DNA of 64,000 nucleotides. Source: Candidatus Omnitrophota bacterium (GTDB taxonomy: Bacteria > Omnitrophota > Gorgyraeia > B26-G9). Shown here in pieces: positions 46,099-56,634 of the stretch (the stretch's first letter is position 1; each line of letters begins with the position of its first letter). The DNA lies in contig JBDRPX010000007.1 of NCBI GenBank assembly GCA_043826565.1, positions 9,412-73,411 on the forward strand. The letters run 5' to 3'. The translations under genes were made by a program, and so were the position numbers. The notes under the pieces are model-generated. The model was not told the origin of the DNA, did not search any database, and was given only the letters and a program-made list of their open reading frames with translations.

Positions 46099-46896
46099 AT
46101 GAAACAAAATCATTTAAAAGTATTTATAGCGGTAACAGTGTTTATTTTGTTGTTTTCGGGCATGGCAGTGTTTGCTTCTGAAATGGATGGGCGCATCGAA
46201 TCATCCGCGAAGCAGTCATATGTGTTCAAAACGTATCTCAATAACGACGCGATTAAAGTTCAGTCAAAAGATGGAGTGGTTACATTAATGGGAACTGTTA
46301 AGGAAGAATCCAACATATTATTAGCGAGAGAGACTGTGGCGAGTTTACCCGGGGTTAAAAGCGTAGATAATCAGCTGGTATTCAAAGGCGAGCCTCAGGT
46401 AAAAAATTCTGACGGGTGGATCAGTATGCAGATCAAAAGCTCATTGCTTTTCAACCGTAATGTAAGCGGTATCAAAACCCAGGTTTTTGTAAAGGACGGA
46501 ATAGTGACCTTAAAAGGCGAAGCCCAGAACCAGGCGCAAAAGGATCTGGCCGGAGCGTATTCCAGAGATGTTACCGGGGTTAAAGATGTAAAAAACGAAA
46601 TAACGCTAGCTAAAATGCCGGTAGAACCAAAACAGATGAAAGAAGAAAAACAGACAATGGGTGAGAAAATTGATGACGCGTCAATTACTGCGCAAATCAA
46701 GATGGCTTTTTTATCGCATCATTCAACCAGCGCTTTCAAAACCGGGGTTCAGACAACTGACGGAGTAGTAACTTTAACCGGTAATGCTACGAGTAGGGCT
46801 GCAAAAGACATGGCCGGCATGGTAGCTAATGATGTAAATGGCGTAACAAACGTGATCAATAACATGATTGTAGATCAAACAATGTCAAAGATCTAA
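46099..46896 (+). CDS. BON-domain protein (OsmY-like, three BON repeats), secreted
   Basis: Signal peptide, then repeated ...VTLKGEA.../...VTLTGNA... BON modules. Confidence 0.75.
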   Translation: MKQNHLKVFIAVTVFILLFSGMAVFASEMDGRIESSAKQSYVFKTYLNNDAIKVQSKDGVVTLMGTVKEESNILLARETVASLPGVKSVDNQLVFKGEPQVKNSDGWISMQIKSSLLFNRNVSGIKTQVFVKDGIVTLKGEAQNQAQKDLAGAYSRDVTGVKDVKNEITLAKMPVEPKQMKEEKQTMGEKIDDASITAQIKMAFLSHHSTSAFKTGVQTTDGVVTLTGNATSRAAKDMAGMVANDVNGVTNVINNMIVDQTMSKI

Positions 46897-46907
46897 ATGA
46901 GGGTGTG

Positions 46908-46943
46908 CTGCTGGCGGTATTTGTCAAAGGATGCCGCCAGCAG
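46908..46943 (+). terminator. 10-bp hairpin ctgctggcgg / ccgccagcag after the BON gene
   Basis: Seen directly in the sequence. Weak U-tract. Confidence 0.35.
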
Positions 46944-46995
46944 AGGTCTTCAGGTTTTATGATCGGTAAACAGAAGTAAAAGGAAGAAGGTTCTT

Positions 46996-47163
46996 ATGTT
47001 GAATTATACGCTTACGTTTTTTGTTATTGCTATTATTGCGGCGCTGTTAGGATTTACCGGGATCGCGGGGGCGGCTGTGAATATCGCTAAGATCTTATTT
47101 TTTGTATTCCTTATTTTAGCGGTTGCCATGTTAGTTTTGGGAAGAAAGGGAAGACCCGTATAA
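46996..47163 (+). CDS. UPF0391/DUF1328 small membrane protein
   Basis: [43 protein letters not shown] matches YtjA-family proteins. Below the ORF-track cut-off. Confidence 0.55.
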   Translation: MLNYTLTFFVIAIIAALLGFTGIAGAAVNIAKILFFVFLILAVAMLVLGRKGRPV

Positions 47164-47217
47164 TTTTCCGAAAAATCCAAGACATGGGCTGTTTTTTAAT
47201 CCATGAAAGGAGCGGTT

Positions 47218-47673
47218 ATGATTAAAACAATATTGAGAACACTACATGTTTTAACCTGCGCTGTTTTAGTTGTTCAACTGGCAGGGTGCGGAACACTGAT
47301 GTATCCTGAACGCAGAGGCCAAAGAGGCGGGAGAGTCGACGTCGGTGTTGCTGTTTTAGATGGTATCGGGTTATTCTTTTTTTTAATTCCTGGTATCATT
47401 GCTTACGCGGTTGACTTTTCTACAGGGGCGATTTACCTGCCTGGGGGGATAGCTCGGGGTCCTTTAGATATAAAACAGGTAAAATTTGATCCCAAGAATA
47501 GCAGTATGGCGGATATCGAAGAAATTGTAAAAAAAGAAACCGGATGTGATGTAAGTCTGTACAGGAGAAAGATTCAGATTGTTAAAATGGAGTCTTCAGA
47601 GGAGATGATGGCGCGTTTTGCCGAAGTATTACCGGAAAGGGAGAATAATCTTCTTGCTTTATGCGTGAAATAA
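47218..47673 (+). CDS. lipoprotein (LAGC lipobox)
   Basis: Signal peptide plus Cys lipobox. AAAGGAG SD 5 nt before ATG 47218. Confidence 0.5.
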   Translation: MIKTILRTLHVLTCAVLVVQLAGCGTLMYPERRGQRGGRVDVGVAVLDGIGLFFFLIPGIIAYAVDFSTGAIYLPGGIARGPLDIKQVKFDPKNSSMADIEEIVKKETGCDVSLYRRKIQIVKMESSEEMMARFAEVLPERENNLLALCVK

Positions 47674-47703
47674 AGGCTGTGAAGCTCAAAAAATGGGGGA
47701 ATT

Positions 47704-47898
47704 ATGAATAAAAGTATGTCAGCTGTATTACTGGTTACCGGAGCCATCCTGATGTTTTTTGGGTTTAACGCTTACAACTCAGCTGGTTCTGACCTCTCGC
47801 GCTTTTTCACGGGCGCGCCTACAGACAAGGCGCTCTGGCTTCTTATTGGTGGAGCGATTGCCGGCAGCATCGGGTTTTTAAGTTTAGTTAAAAAGTGA
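47704..47898 (+). CDS. DUF3185-like small membrane protein
   Basis: Two TM helices flanking the ...NSAGSDLSRFFTG... loop. Confidence 0.45.
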   Translation: MNKSMSAVLLVTGAILMFFGFNAYNSAGSDLSRFFTGAPTDKALWLLIGGAIAGSIGFLSLVKK

Positions 47899-47950
47899 AA
47901 TAGTTTTTGTTTGAGATGGAATGGAGGCACATGTCAAAAAAGTTAATATA

Positions 47951-48073
47951 ATGCTGAGTCAGGGCGCAAACAATAAGGCTGAAATAAATCGGTTTTTAAT
48001 TGCAGGGGTTTTTGTCGTCGCGGCAGACCTCTGCGTTTATTATTTTCTGAAATTTCTATTACCAAAAAGATAG
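47951..48073 (+). pseudogene. N-terminal 40-aa fragment of a GtrA-family protein
   Basis: Translation ...FLIAGVFVVAADLCVYYFLKFLLPKR* aligns with residues 10-35 of the intact GtrA-like gene at 52413 (FSITGILVVATDVSIYYLLIRFLPSA). Stops 10 nt before the GH15-like start. Confidence 0.45.
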
Positions 48074-48082
48074 GCGCGTAAT

Positions 48083-50326
48083 ATGTGGTGGAAATGGTTC
48101 CCGTTGAAATTCATCGTAAGGGTGCTTGCGCGCCGGCAGGGGTTTTTGGACCCGATTAAAATCATCTCTCAGCTGCAGAATTTCGCGCAGCCTTCTGAGG
48201 TGGCCGCTCCGATGGAACTGGTGCGCTCAGGTTTTGTTTTGCACGCGCGCGGGCTTATAAATAGTTTGGCGATTCAGCATAATCTTGATTGGATCTGGCC
48301 TTATTGGGTGGAATGTCAGTATAACCCTCGAAACGAAGCATTTATCCCGCGGGCCTTTTCATTAACTCAAATTAATCTTACCCATAGGAATTGGACGGCT
48401 CTGGGAGTTCCTGACAGCAGTGAATTTTCCATTGTAGACCCGCGCGGCCTTGTTACTCCCTGTTATGATGGGTGGTCGCTTGATGCCTGGATTATTCCAA
48501 AAGAAGGAGAGCCATTAATTCCTTCCCGCTTAAGCGGTGTTTCACAGAAACTGGTTATGGATAACGGCCTTTGTGTCATTACAGAATCATTGGGTAATAA
48601 GTTAAAGATTCAAACGAAAGTCAGGGTTATTGGCTCGGCGCAATCTCCGGTATGTCAGATTCTCGTTGAAGGATTCAGCCTACAAGCCGCGGCGTGGCTG
48701 GTTATTGCTCTGCGGCCGTATAATCCCGAGGGAGTAAGTTTTGTCCATGATATTGCTTTGCTGGAAAACCGGATGGGCTGGCAGGTGAATCGCAAAGATT
48801 TTGTGTATTTTGATATCCCTCCGGATCGATGTGAGTTTTCATATTATCATCACGGTGATGTTTATAATCATTTAGCATCTCAGGAAGATAAGAAAGAAAT
48901 ATGGTGCAGGGTCGGGATGGCCACTGCGGCAGGATTATACAAACTGGAGGCTGGGCTTCCCCGGAAAATTACCGCTGAAATACCTTTAACGAAAAACAGA
49001 AAAGAAAAACAATCAGATACAGATGGCCGGCATACTGCCAAGCTTGCGTGGGAGAAAAGCGTTCAAGGCGCGTGTTCGCTGCAGATCCCGGATAAACATT
49101 TTCAGTTTCTTTATGAAGCTGCTATCCGCACCATGGTATTGCATTCGCCCAAGGAGGTTTATCCCGGGCCGTACATTTACCGTAGGTTTTGGTTTCGTGA
49201 TGCCGCGTTTATATTATATGCCTTGTTATGCGTTGGATTAAAAGAGCGTGTCCGGCGGGCATTGGATTGTTTTCGCTTGCGTCAGACAGTCACGGGTTAT
49301 TTTCTTTCCCAAGAGGGAGAATGGGATTCTAATGGAGAGGCCTTGTGGATCATGAGCCAATATTGCCAAATGACGGGAGAAGCTCCGCCAAAAGAATGGA
49401 AAGAATCGATATTAAAAGCCGGAAAATGGATTTGTAAAAAAAGGTTATCAAGTAATTTAAAATTTATTCACGCGGGATTATTGCCCTCGGGATTTAGCGC
49501 CGAACATTTGGGGCCGAATGATTTTTATTATTGGGATGACTTTTGGGCGGTCGCGGGATTAAAAGCAGCGGCTTTTTTGTGCTCTGCTTATAATGATCAG
49601 GCTAAGACTGTTTATTTTGCCAGCCAATCAGCCGCGTTTCTGGAGAGTATTGAGCAAAGCCTGAAAAAAGTGCGGGAACGTTTAAAAAGGCCGGCAATAC
49701 CGGCATCGCCCTATCGCCGCATGGATACAGGAGCGGTCGGCTCTTTGGTTGCCAGTTATCCGCTTCAGGTTTTTGAATCCAATGACCCCAGGATTTTAGA
49801 TACCGCTGATTTTTTAATGAACAATTGTTTGGTCCATGGCGGTTTTTTTCACGACATGACCCATTCCGGGATCAATCCGTATCTTACGTTACATTTATCT
49901 CAAGTGCTTTTGCGCGCGGGTGACCCCAGGTATTTTGGCTTGATGCAAGCGGTAGCTAAATTGGCGACATCTACAGGGCAATGGCCTGAGTCGATACATC
50001 CGCGTACAGGCGGCGGATGCATGGGAGACGGACAGCATGTATGGGCCGCGGCGGAGTGGGTTTTGATGATAAGAAATTGTTTTGTGAGAGAGGAAGCAGA
50101 CAACTATTTAATTCTTTGTTCCGGAGTACCAAGCGAATGGTTGAGGCAAGTTGGAACTATTTCGTTTGGTCCTGTTTCAACAACCTACGGCGATATTTCT
50201 TTAAAAATTAAGTGTGATGGAGAAAATGTGGATGTTCAATGGAATGGGAAATGGCATGGAGAAGAACCGCATATTGAAGTAAAGCTGCCAGAAAATATGC
50301 TGCTTTACCCAAAAAAGAATGAATAA
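48083..50326 (+). CDS. GH15-like six-hairpin glycosidase (glucoamylase/archaeal-type trehalase family)
   Basis: N-terminal beta-sandwich-like region, then YRRFWFRDAAFILYAL (GH15 YxxxWxRDxxF motif) and (alpha/alpha)6-type downstream blocks. Confidence 0.55.
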   Translation: MWWKWFPLKFIVRVLARRQGFLDPIKIISQLQNFAQPSEVAAPMELVRSGFVLHARGLINSLAIQHNLDWIWPYWVECQYNPRNEAFIPRAFSLTQINLTHRNWTALGVPDSSEFSIVDPRGLVTPCYDGWSLDAWIIPKEGEPLIPSRLSGVSQKLVMDNGLCVITESLGNKLKIQTKVRVIGSAQSPVCQILVEGFSLQAAAWLVIALRPYNPEGVSFVHDIALLENRMGWQVNRKDFVYFDIPPDRCEFSYYHHGDVYNHLASQEDKKEIWCRVGMATAAGLYKLEAGLPRKITAEIPLTKNRKEKQSDTDGRHTAKLAWEKSVQGACSLQIPDKHFQFLYEAAIRTMVLHSPKEVYPGPYIYRRFWFRDAAFILYALLCVGLKERVRRALDCFRLRQTVTGYFLSQEGEWDSNGEALWIMSQYCQMTGEAPPKEWKESILKAGKWICKKRLSSNLKFIHAGLLPSGFSAEHLGPNDFYYWDDFWAVAGLKAAAFLCSAYNDQAKTVYFASQSAAFLESIEQSLKKVRERLKRPAIPASPYRRMDTGAVGSLVASYPLQVFESNDPRILDTADFLMNNCLVHGGFFHDMTHSGINPYLTLHLSQVLLRAGDPRYFGLMQAVAKLATSTGQWPESIHPRTGGGCMGDGQHVWAAAEWVLMIRNCFVREEADNYLILCSGVPSEWLRQVGTISFGPVSTTYGDISLKIKCDGENVDVQWNGKWHGEEPHIEVKLPENMLLYPKKNE

Positions 50327-50369
50327 AATGTAGTGTTAAAAGTTATTTAAATAAAGGATTAGATTTGTA

Positions 50370-51092
50370 ATGAATAAAAATGATATGCGAAAACTCTTGG
50401 TTAAAGTCGTTTTTTTCATGGCTTTTGCAATAGTCCTTTTTGCAGCCCTGCGTTTGATGGGGATCAATTATTCTAACATGAGCGTTGCACAGATAAAGGC
50501 GAGCATTAAGTCTTATGGGGCGTGGGCACCGTTGATGTACATACTCATATATCAAATTCGTCCTTTTATTTTGCTTCCATCATCAATGGCTTTAGTAGCT
50601 GCTGGAATAATTTGGGGATGGGAAGCTCTTATTTATATTTATTTGGCTTCTATTATTTGCGCGACTTGGCAATTCTTTATTGCCCGTTATTTTGCTCGTG
50701 ATGCTGTCGAAAGGATGGTTAATGCAAAGGCGGAAGAAATTAAGAAATATGTTGAAAAGAATAGTTTAGTAAGTGTGATACTTATTCGAATGATACCAAA
50801 TGTTGTATGGGACATTCAGAATCTCATGTTAGGTTTAACAAAGATAAAATATTGGAAATATATTTTAGGGACAATTATTGGTATTCTGCCAGGATCAATT
50901 GTTTTTGTTTATTTTGGGGATTCATTAGTAAGCGTTTTATTAAATCCGCAACATTGGTGGAAGATGGTATTAGCGGTGCTTTTAGCTGTGCTTGTTTTAG
51001 GGGGAATATACTGGCTGCAAAAAAATATCAGAGATAAAGAATCTAAAAAGGAGATTAAAGATGAATATTGTTATGATGACCAACACCTATAA
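50370..51092 (+). CDS. DedA/TVP38-TMEM64 family membrane protein
   Basis: TM profile and conserved ...FFIARYFARD... region. Confidence 0.65.
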   Translation: MNKNDMRKLLVKVVFFMAFAIVLFAALRLMGINYSNMSVAQIKASIKSYGAWAPLMYILIYQIRPFILLPSSMALVAAGIIWGWEALIYIYLASIICATWQFFIARYFARDAVERMVNAKAEEIKKYVEKNSLVSVILIRMIPNVVWDIQNLMLGLTKIKYWKYILGTIIGILPGSIVFVYFGDSLVSVLLNPQHWWKMVLAVLLAVLVLGGIYWLQKNIRDKESKKEIKDEYCYDDQHL

Positions 51093-52395
51093 GCCTATCC
51101 TTGGTGGATTGGAGAAATCAGTTGAGGTTTTTTCCGAAGAATATCGAAAGCGGGGGCATAAAGTTTTAATTGTCGCACCTGAATTTGAGGATGCCTTTAA
51201 AAAAGAAAAAGACGTTTTTCGTATACCCGCAATTAAGAATGTTGGTGATAGTGAGTTTTCGATTGAGATGGGGATTTCTCTTGAACTTAACAAGGCGCTT
51301 AAGAGATTCAAACCAGATATCATTCATACCCATCACCCCTTTTTAATTGGCGATACGGCTTTACGAGCTGCTGCTGAATTTAATGTTCCACTTGTTTTTA
51401 CCAATCATACTTTATATGAAGAAAATACTCATTATCTACCAGGTGGTAATTCAGCGGCGATGAAAAAGTTCGTGGTGAGATTAGCTAAGGGATATGCTGA
51501 TTTGTGTGATCAGGTGATTGCTCCAAGTGAGAGTGTAGCCAATCTTTTAAAAAAGAGAGGCGTTAAAACGCCCATTGAAGTTTTACCAACGGGCATATAC
51601 ATTGACCAATTTAAGAAAGGGAATGGGGCAACGTTCCGCAAATTTTTTGATATCCCTAAAGATGCGTTTGTTGTCGGAATCATTGGACGAATGGCTCAGG
51701 AGAAAAATGTCCCGTTTTTATCAAAAGCGGTCACTGCTTTTCTTAAGAAAAATAAAAATGCTTATTTTGTCGTCGTGGGAGGAGGCCCCTTACTTGAAAG
51801 CATAAAGTCAAGTTTTGAGAAAAATAAGTTAGGGGATCGTCTAATCTGTACAGGGGTACTAAAAGGAAAACAGCTTATTAGCGCGTATGATGCTTTGGAT
51901 GTTTTTGCATTTTCTTCTCACAGTGAAACACAAGGTTTAGTTCTTGTTGAAGCGATGGCAGCGGGAACCCCGGTTGTAGGCGTTGATGCCCCAGGAGTCA
52001 GAGAAGTTATTGAAGATAAGAAGAACGGAAGGATTCTTAAAAATGATAATGCCCAGGAATTTGCTGAAGCACTTTCTTGGATAGCAAAGCAGTCTCCTCA
52101 AGAACGCGCGGCTTTGAAGAAAAATGCCAGGAAAACGGCAGAAGAATTTTCAGTACCTATTTGTGTGAAAAAAGCGCTTAAATTGTATTCTTCCGCGATT
52201 AAACGACAACGTAAAGAGTGTGACTTAGACAAGAGTTCGTGGAAAAGGAATGTACGTCTTTTAAACGCTCAGGCAGAACTTATGGTTAACACAACGAAAG
52301 CAAGTGTAGTTGCTGTATCTGGAATACCCAAAACAACAGCTTTGAAAGCAGTGGAAATGGTTAAAAAAGGCTTTAAGGATCTTATTCACTCTTGA
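51061..52395 (+). CDS. GT4 glycosyltransferase
   Basis: N-terminus MNIVMMTNTYKPILGGLE. GT4 C-terminal EX7E-type region (...SETQGLVLVEAMAAGTPVVG). Confidence 0.75.
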   Translation: MNIVMMTNTYKPILGGLEKSVEVFSEEYRKRGHKVLIVAPEFEDAFKKEKDVFRIPAIKNVGDSEFSIEMGISLELNKALKRFKPDIIHTHHPFLIGDTALRAAAEFNVPLVFTNHTLYEENTHYLPGGNSAAMKKFVVRLAKGYADLCDQVIAPSESVANLLKKRGVKTPIEVLPTGIYIDQFKKGNGATFRKFFDIPKDAFVVGIIGRMAQEKNVPFLSKAVTAFLKKNKNAYFVVVGGGPLLESIKSSFEKNKLGDRLICTGVLKGKQLISAYDALDVFAFSSHSETQGLVLVEAMAAGTPVVGVDAPGVREVIEDKKNGRILKNDNAQEFAEALSWIAKQSPQERAALKKNARKTAEEFSVPICVKKALKLYSSAIKRQRKECDLDKSSWKRNVRLLNAQAELMVNTTKASVVAVSGIPKTTALKAVEMVKKGFKDLIHS

Positions 52396-52412
52396 AAGCG
52401 GGGTAAGGTGCG

Positions 52413-52790
52413 ATGAGTCAAATAAAAGAAATCATTAGATTTTCAATTACCGGTATTCTTGTTGTTGCAACGGATGTTAGCATATATTATTTATTGATTA
52501 GATTTTTACCTAGCGCGATAGCAAAGGGAATATCTTTTACTTGCGCAGGAATAGTTACTTATTTATTGAATAAGTATTGGACCTTTAAGCAAGCAGAAAA
52601 GTCTAGTTATGAAATATTCCGGTTTGTTTTCGCTAATTCTTTAGCTTTAGGCATTAATATCGGTATCAACGAAGCTATTTTATATATTGATAAACAGGCA
52701 GTCTTTTTAGCATTATCAATAGCAACGGCGATGACAGCTATTTTCACATTTATTGTATTTAAATTTTGGGTTTTTAAATTGAAAGGATAA
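52413..52790 (+). CDS. GtrA-family membrane protein
   Basis: 125 aa, 4 TM segments, ...FSITGILVVATD...YLLNKYWTFK... GtrA signature. Confidence 0.65.
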   Translation: MSQIKEIIRFSITGILVVATDVSIYYLLIRFLPSAIAKGISFTCAGIVTYLLNKYWTFKQAEKSSYEIFRFVFANSLALGINIGINEAILYIDKQAVFLALSIATAMTAIFTFIVFKFWVFKLKG

Positions 52791-52793
52791 TCT

Positions 52794-54209
52794 ATGAGTG
52801 AAGCAAATAAGTGCCCTGTTTCTTTAAGAGCGAAAAATATTGAACCGTATGAAAAAATCGTTGGTAAGCATGTAGTTGAAAAACTTAAGAATATGTCAAA
52901 ACGATTAAAAGGGAAGTCCTGGGCGCATCTTAACTCGACTTATCTGGGGGGCGGTGTTGCTGAAATGCTGCAGAATCAAATTCCACTTTTAAGAGGTTTA
53001 GGGATTGATGCGCAGTGGCATGTCCTCGAAGGAAATCAGAAATTTTTTGAAGTAACGAAGAAATTTCATAATGCCTTGCAAGGCGTAAGCCAAGAATTCT
53101 CGTTAGATGATTTGTTTGAAACATACTTAGGGACGATTTATGAGAATGCGAAAAAGATTAGTATTGAAGCGGATATGGTAACTATTCATGATCCACAGCC
53201 GGTGGCTATTATTACGCATGCCCGTATTTTCGGACATATTTTATGGCGTTGCCACATTGATACGACAGAAGCGGATAAAAAAGTATGGCGGTTCTTACAT
53301 CCATACTTAAATCATTATTCGGGTGCCATTTTTACAATTCCGGAGTTTATTAAAGAAGATCTGCAAACACCGGTTTATGAGATTGCTCCTGCGATTGATC
53401 CTTTGCATCCTAAAAATAAACTCAGAGATCGAAAACAAGCATTAAACGATTTGGATAGTTTATTTAAAAAAAATAATATTGACCCAGAACGTCCGATTAT
53501 TGCTGCAGTATCGCGCTACGATATTCATAAGAATCAAAAGGGAATTATTAAAGCATTTAAATTACTGAAAAAGAATCTCTCAACCAAAATATCACCATTA
53601 CTGATTATTATGGGAAACACGGCATCTGATGATCCGGAAGGTGAAGAGATGTATAAGAAAATGCAGGAGTTGGCTGGAGGTGACAAAGACATTCATTTAT
53701 TGCTAAATGTTAAGAATAATGATCAGGTTGTCGGTTCATTAATTCATTTAGCGGAGTGCTTTGTTCACATATCAACCAAAGAAGGTTTTGGATTAGTTGT
53801 AACCGAGGCATTATGGCAAGGGACACCGGTTATCGGCAGTAACATTGGAGGTATACCGCGTCAGGTTATTGACAAAGAAAATGGGTATTTAGTCAAGCCG
53901 GATGATTATGAGCTTGTTGCGAAAAACATGAAGAAAGTATTAGAGGATAAACAATTAGCCAAGGAAATGGGAAAGAAAGGACAAGAACACGTTCGTAATA
54001 ATTATCTTCTTCCTCATAAATTAATAAAAGAATTGCAACTTATGGAATATTATCTCGAGATATCTAAGCGTGTCCCGGGCTTTCGTATTAATGATGTCAG
54101 TTACTGCGAAATCAATCGAAAGTACTATGGGCGAAGCCGATGGCCTTTTACGCGTAAAGAATTTAAGAGTAAAATTCGAAAACTGAAAAATGCTTTTCCT
54201 AAGACCTGA
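52794..54209 (+). CDS. GT4 glycosyltransferase, TreT (trehalose glycosyltransferring synthase)-like
   Basis: HLNSTYLGGGVAEMLQNQIPLLRGLGIDAQWHVL resembles the TreT-type N-terminus. C-terminus ...STKEGFGLVVTEALWQGTPVIGSNIGGIP. Confidence 0.6.
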   Translation: MSEANKCPVSLRAKNIEPYEKIVGKHVVEKLKNMSKRLKGKSWAHLNSTYLGGGVAEMLQNQIPLLRGLGIDAQWHVLEGNQKFFEVTKKFHNALQGVSQEFSLDDLFETYLGTIYENAKKISIEADMVTIHDPQPVAIITHARIFGHILWRCHIDTTEADKKVWRFLHPYLNHYSGAIFTIPEFIKEDLQTPVYEIAPAIDPLHPKNKLRDRKQALNDLDSLFKKNNIDPERPIIAAVSRYDIHKNQKGIIKAFKLLKKNLSTKISPLLIIMGNTASDDPEGEEMYKKMQELAGGDKDIHLLLNVKNNDQVVGSLIHLAECFVHISTKEGFGLVVTEALWQGTPVIGSNIGGIPRQVIDKENGYLVKPDDYELVAKNMKKVLEDKQLAKEMGKKGQEHVRNNYLLPHKLIKELQLMEYYLEISKRVPGFRINDVSYCEINRKYYGRSRWPFTRKEFKSKIRKLKNAFPKT

Positions 54210-54306
54210 TGGGGTTGATGGGGATTATTATGTTTCTGATAGCATAACTTAGCGGTATTAGGAGGATGGTAGCTTATGGCAGCAAGGAGTAGAAAAGCGT
54301 AACCTG

Positions 54307-55107
54307 ATGAAAACTGATTCGATCGCGAAAATAAGAGTGATGACTTATAACGTTCATAGCTGCCGTGGATTAGACGGAAGAGTGCTTCCCGAACGGATTG
54401 CCCGCGTTATTGAACAGTTTAATCCTGATTTGGTTGCGTTGCAGGAATTAGATGTTAATCGAAGATGGAGTAAGCGGATGGATCAACCTCTTTTAATCGC
54501 AGGGCACCTTCGGATGCAATGCCATTTTCAGCCGGTGATCGCCGTCGAGGGAGAACATTATGGTATTGCTATTCTAAGTCGGCATCCTTTTGAAATCAAA
54601 AAATCTGAGGACTTACCGAGTTATCCGAAAAAGTCTATTCCAAGGAAAAGTTATATTCCTTTTTTAAAATATTTATTTGAACCCCGCCATGCCATATGGA
54701 CTTCGGTAACAATTGGCAGTGGAGTAATAAATTTTGTTAATACTCATCTCAGTTTACGGGCTAACGAGCGTCTTGAACAAATCAAAAGTCTTTTAGGCGA
54801 GGAGTGGCTAAATATGGATTCGCATAAAGTTCCAACTATTTTCTGCGGTGATTTCAATGAAGGCCCGCGTGCCCGAGGATATCAATTACTTAAGGCATCA
54901 TTTGATGAAGTTAAATCTTCCATGGCTCATAAAGGTTCTAGAAAAACATTATTTAGTCCTTTGCCGCTTTTTGAGGTAGACCATATATTCTATAATGGTA
55001 ACCTTCGCGTTGAATCGGTAAATGTTCCAAACACTCCTTTAACAAGAATCGCCTCCGATCATCTGCCGGTTATTGCCGATTTTTCTCTTTATCAAGGAGG
55101 CCAGTGA
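54307..55107 (+). CDS. endonuclease/exonuclease/phosphatase (EEP) family protein
   Basis: RVMTYNVHS...VALQE...FCGDFN...SDHLPV motifs. Confidence 0.7.
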   Translation: MKTDSIAKIRVMTYNVHSCRGLDGRVLPERIARVIEQFNPDLVALQELDVNRRWSKRMDQPLLIAGHLRMQCHFQPVIAVEGEHYGIAILSRHPFEIKKSEDLPSYPKKSIPRKSYIPFLKYLFEPRHAIWTSVTIGSGVINFVNTHLSLRANERLEQIKSLLGEEWLNMDSHKVPTIFCGDFNEGPRARGYQLLKASFDEVKSSMAHKGSRKTLFSPLPLFEVDHIFYNGNLRVESVNVPNTPLTRIASDHLPVIADFSLYQGGQ

Positions 55108-56573
55108 TGGGGATATTTCCATTGATTGTTATTGCTTTTCAGATTTATATTGTTTTTACGGTCATTGTTCTTTTGCTGGATAATAGAGATCCGTCCGAGA
55201 CTTTTGCCTGGATATTTATATTTATCCTTTTGCCGATAGCAGGATTTGCTCTTTATTTGTTTGCCGGCCGTAGTTGGAAAAAAAGTTACGATCATAAAAG
55301 GAAACTTCCGCAATATATCGCAAAAAATCTCATTACGTTATTTAAACCGATCGATGAAGTGCAAGAAAAACTGATCAAGATGATGAGCAGCCGATCGAAA
55401 CTGCAGCACAACGATTTAATGACGCTTTTGTATCGTAATTCTAAATCGTTGTTAACAGTGGACAACAGTGTAAAAGTTTATCACCAAGGAAAAGAAAAAT
55501 TTGAAGATCTGTTGAAGGATATTAAAGAAGCAAAGAATTTCATTCATCTTCAGTATTTCATCTGGTATTCCAACGACGCCTTAGGGAGAAAATTAAAAAA
55601 ATTACTGATTGAAAAAGTCAAAGAAGGTGTAGAAGTAAAAATTCTTTATGATTATGCAGGTTGCTTCTTTACACTAGGCCGCGGCTATATCCGTTCATTG
55701 CGGAAAGAGGGTATTCTTATTTATCCGTTTTTTAATTATCTGTCCGCTTTTAAAACTCACACCTTTAATTATCGGAACCATCGTAAAATTGCTGTAATTG
55801 ACGGAAAAATTGCATATATGGGGGGCATGAATATTGGCCAGGAATATATTGATGGAGGGAAAAAATATAAATCCTGGCGTGATACGCATATGCGGTTTAA
55901 AGGAGATTCTGTCAATATTCTGCATGCGATTTTTGCGATCGATTGGTACAATACTGTGCCCAAGGAAGATATTTTTGAAAAGAAGTATTTCCCGACCCTG
56001 CCCGACAAAATGGAATTAACTGGAGATCTTCCTGTCCAGTTCTCAACATCCGGATATGATTCTCCCTGGCCGGCAATTATGCATTTATATTTTTCTTTTA
56101 TTACTATGGCTGAAAAGAGTATTACTATTGTTTCACCCTATTTTATCCCGGAATCAAGTTTGTTGGTGGCTCTAAAAACAGCAGCGATGAGAGGCGTAAA
56201 AGTGACTGTGTTGATGGCGGGGATTCATGATAATCCAATGCCTTATTGGGCCGCGTTCTCTTATTTTGAAGAATTGCTTAAGTCCGGTGTTCAGATTTTT
56301 CAATATCAAAAAGGCTTTATGCATGCGAAGATTCTATCATGTGACGGCCGGATGTGTTCCATGGGAACAGCGAACTTTGATATTAGAAGCCTTAGATTAA
56401 ATTACGAAGTGAACGCTGTGTTCTATGACGAAAAACTGACTAAGGAGCTAGATCAGCAAATCGCCAAGGACTTGGAGAATTCAAAGGAAGTTACTTTAGC
56501 GGATTTTAATCAAATCTCAATCATAGTCCGTCTCAGAAATTCTCTAATGAGGCTTTTTTCTGCTTTGCTTTAA
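55104..56573 (+). CDS. cls: cardiolipin synthase (PLD superfamily, two HKD motifs)
   Basis: HRKIAVIDGKIAYMGGMN and HAKILSCDGRMCSMGTAN. N-terminal TM pair. Confidence 0.85.
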   Translation: MMGIFPLIVIAFQIYIVFTVIVLLLDNRDPSETFAWIFIFILLPIAGFALYLFAGRSWKKSYDHKRKLPQYIAKNLITLFKPIDEVQEKLIKMMSSRSKLQHNDLMTLLYRNSKSLLTVDNSVKVYHQGKEKFEDLLKDIKEAKNFIHLQYFIWYSNDALGRKLKKLLIEKVKEGVEVKILYDYAGCFFTLGRGYIRSLRKEGILIYPFFNYLSAFKTHTFNYRNHRKIAVIDGKIAYMGGMNIGQEYIDGGKKYKSWRDTHMRFKGDSVNILHAIFAIDWYNTVPKEDIFEKKYFPTLPDKMELTGDLPVQFSTSGYDSPWPAIMHLYFSFITMAEKSITIVSPYFIPESSLLVALKTAAMRGVKVTVLMAGIHDNPMPYWAAFSYFEELLKSGVQIFQYQKGFMHAKILSCDGRMCSMGTANFDIRSLRLNYEVNAVFYDEKLTKELDQQIAKDLENSKEVTLADFNQISIIVRLRNSLMRLFSALL

Positions 56574-56634
56574 TCTTAGTACCTCTGAAATTCATCTGTT
56601 AATGTCAAATATCAGCTGGTTGTAGAAGCTATTA

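Noticed and set aside
49023-50211. Several 64-72-aa ORFs on both strands inside the GH15-like gene
   Set aside because: Embedded in a long conserved ORF. No independent signals.
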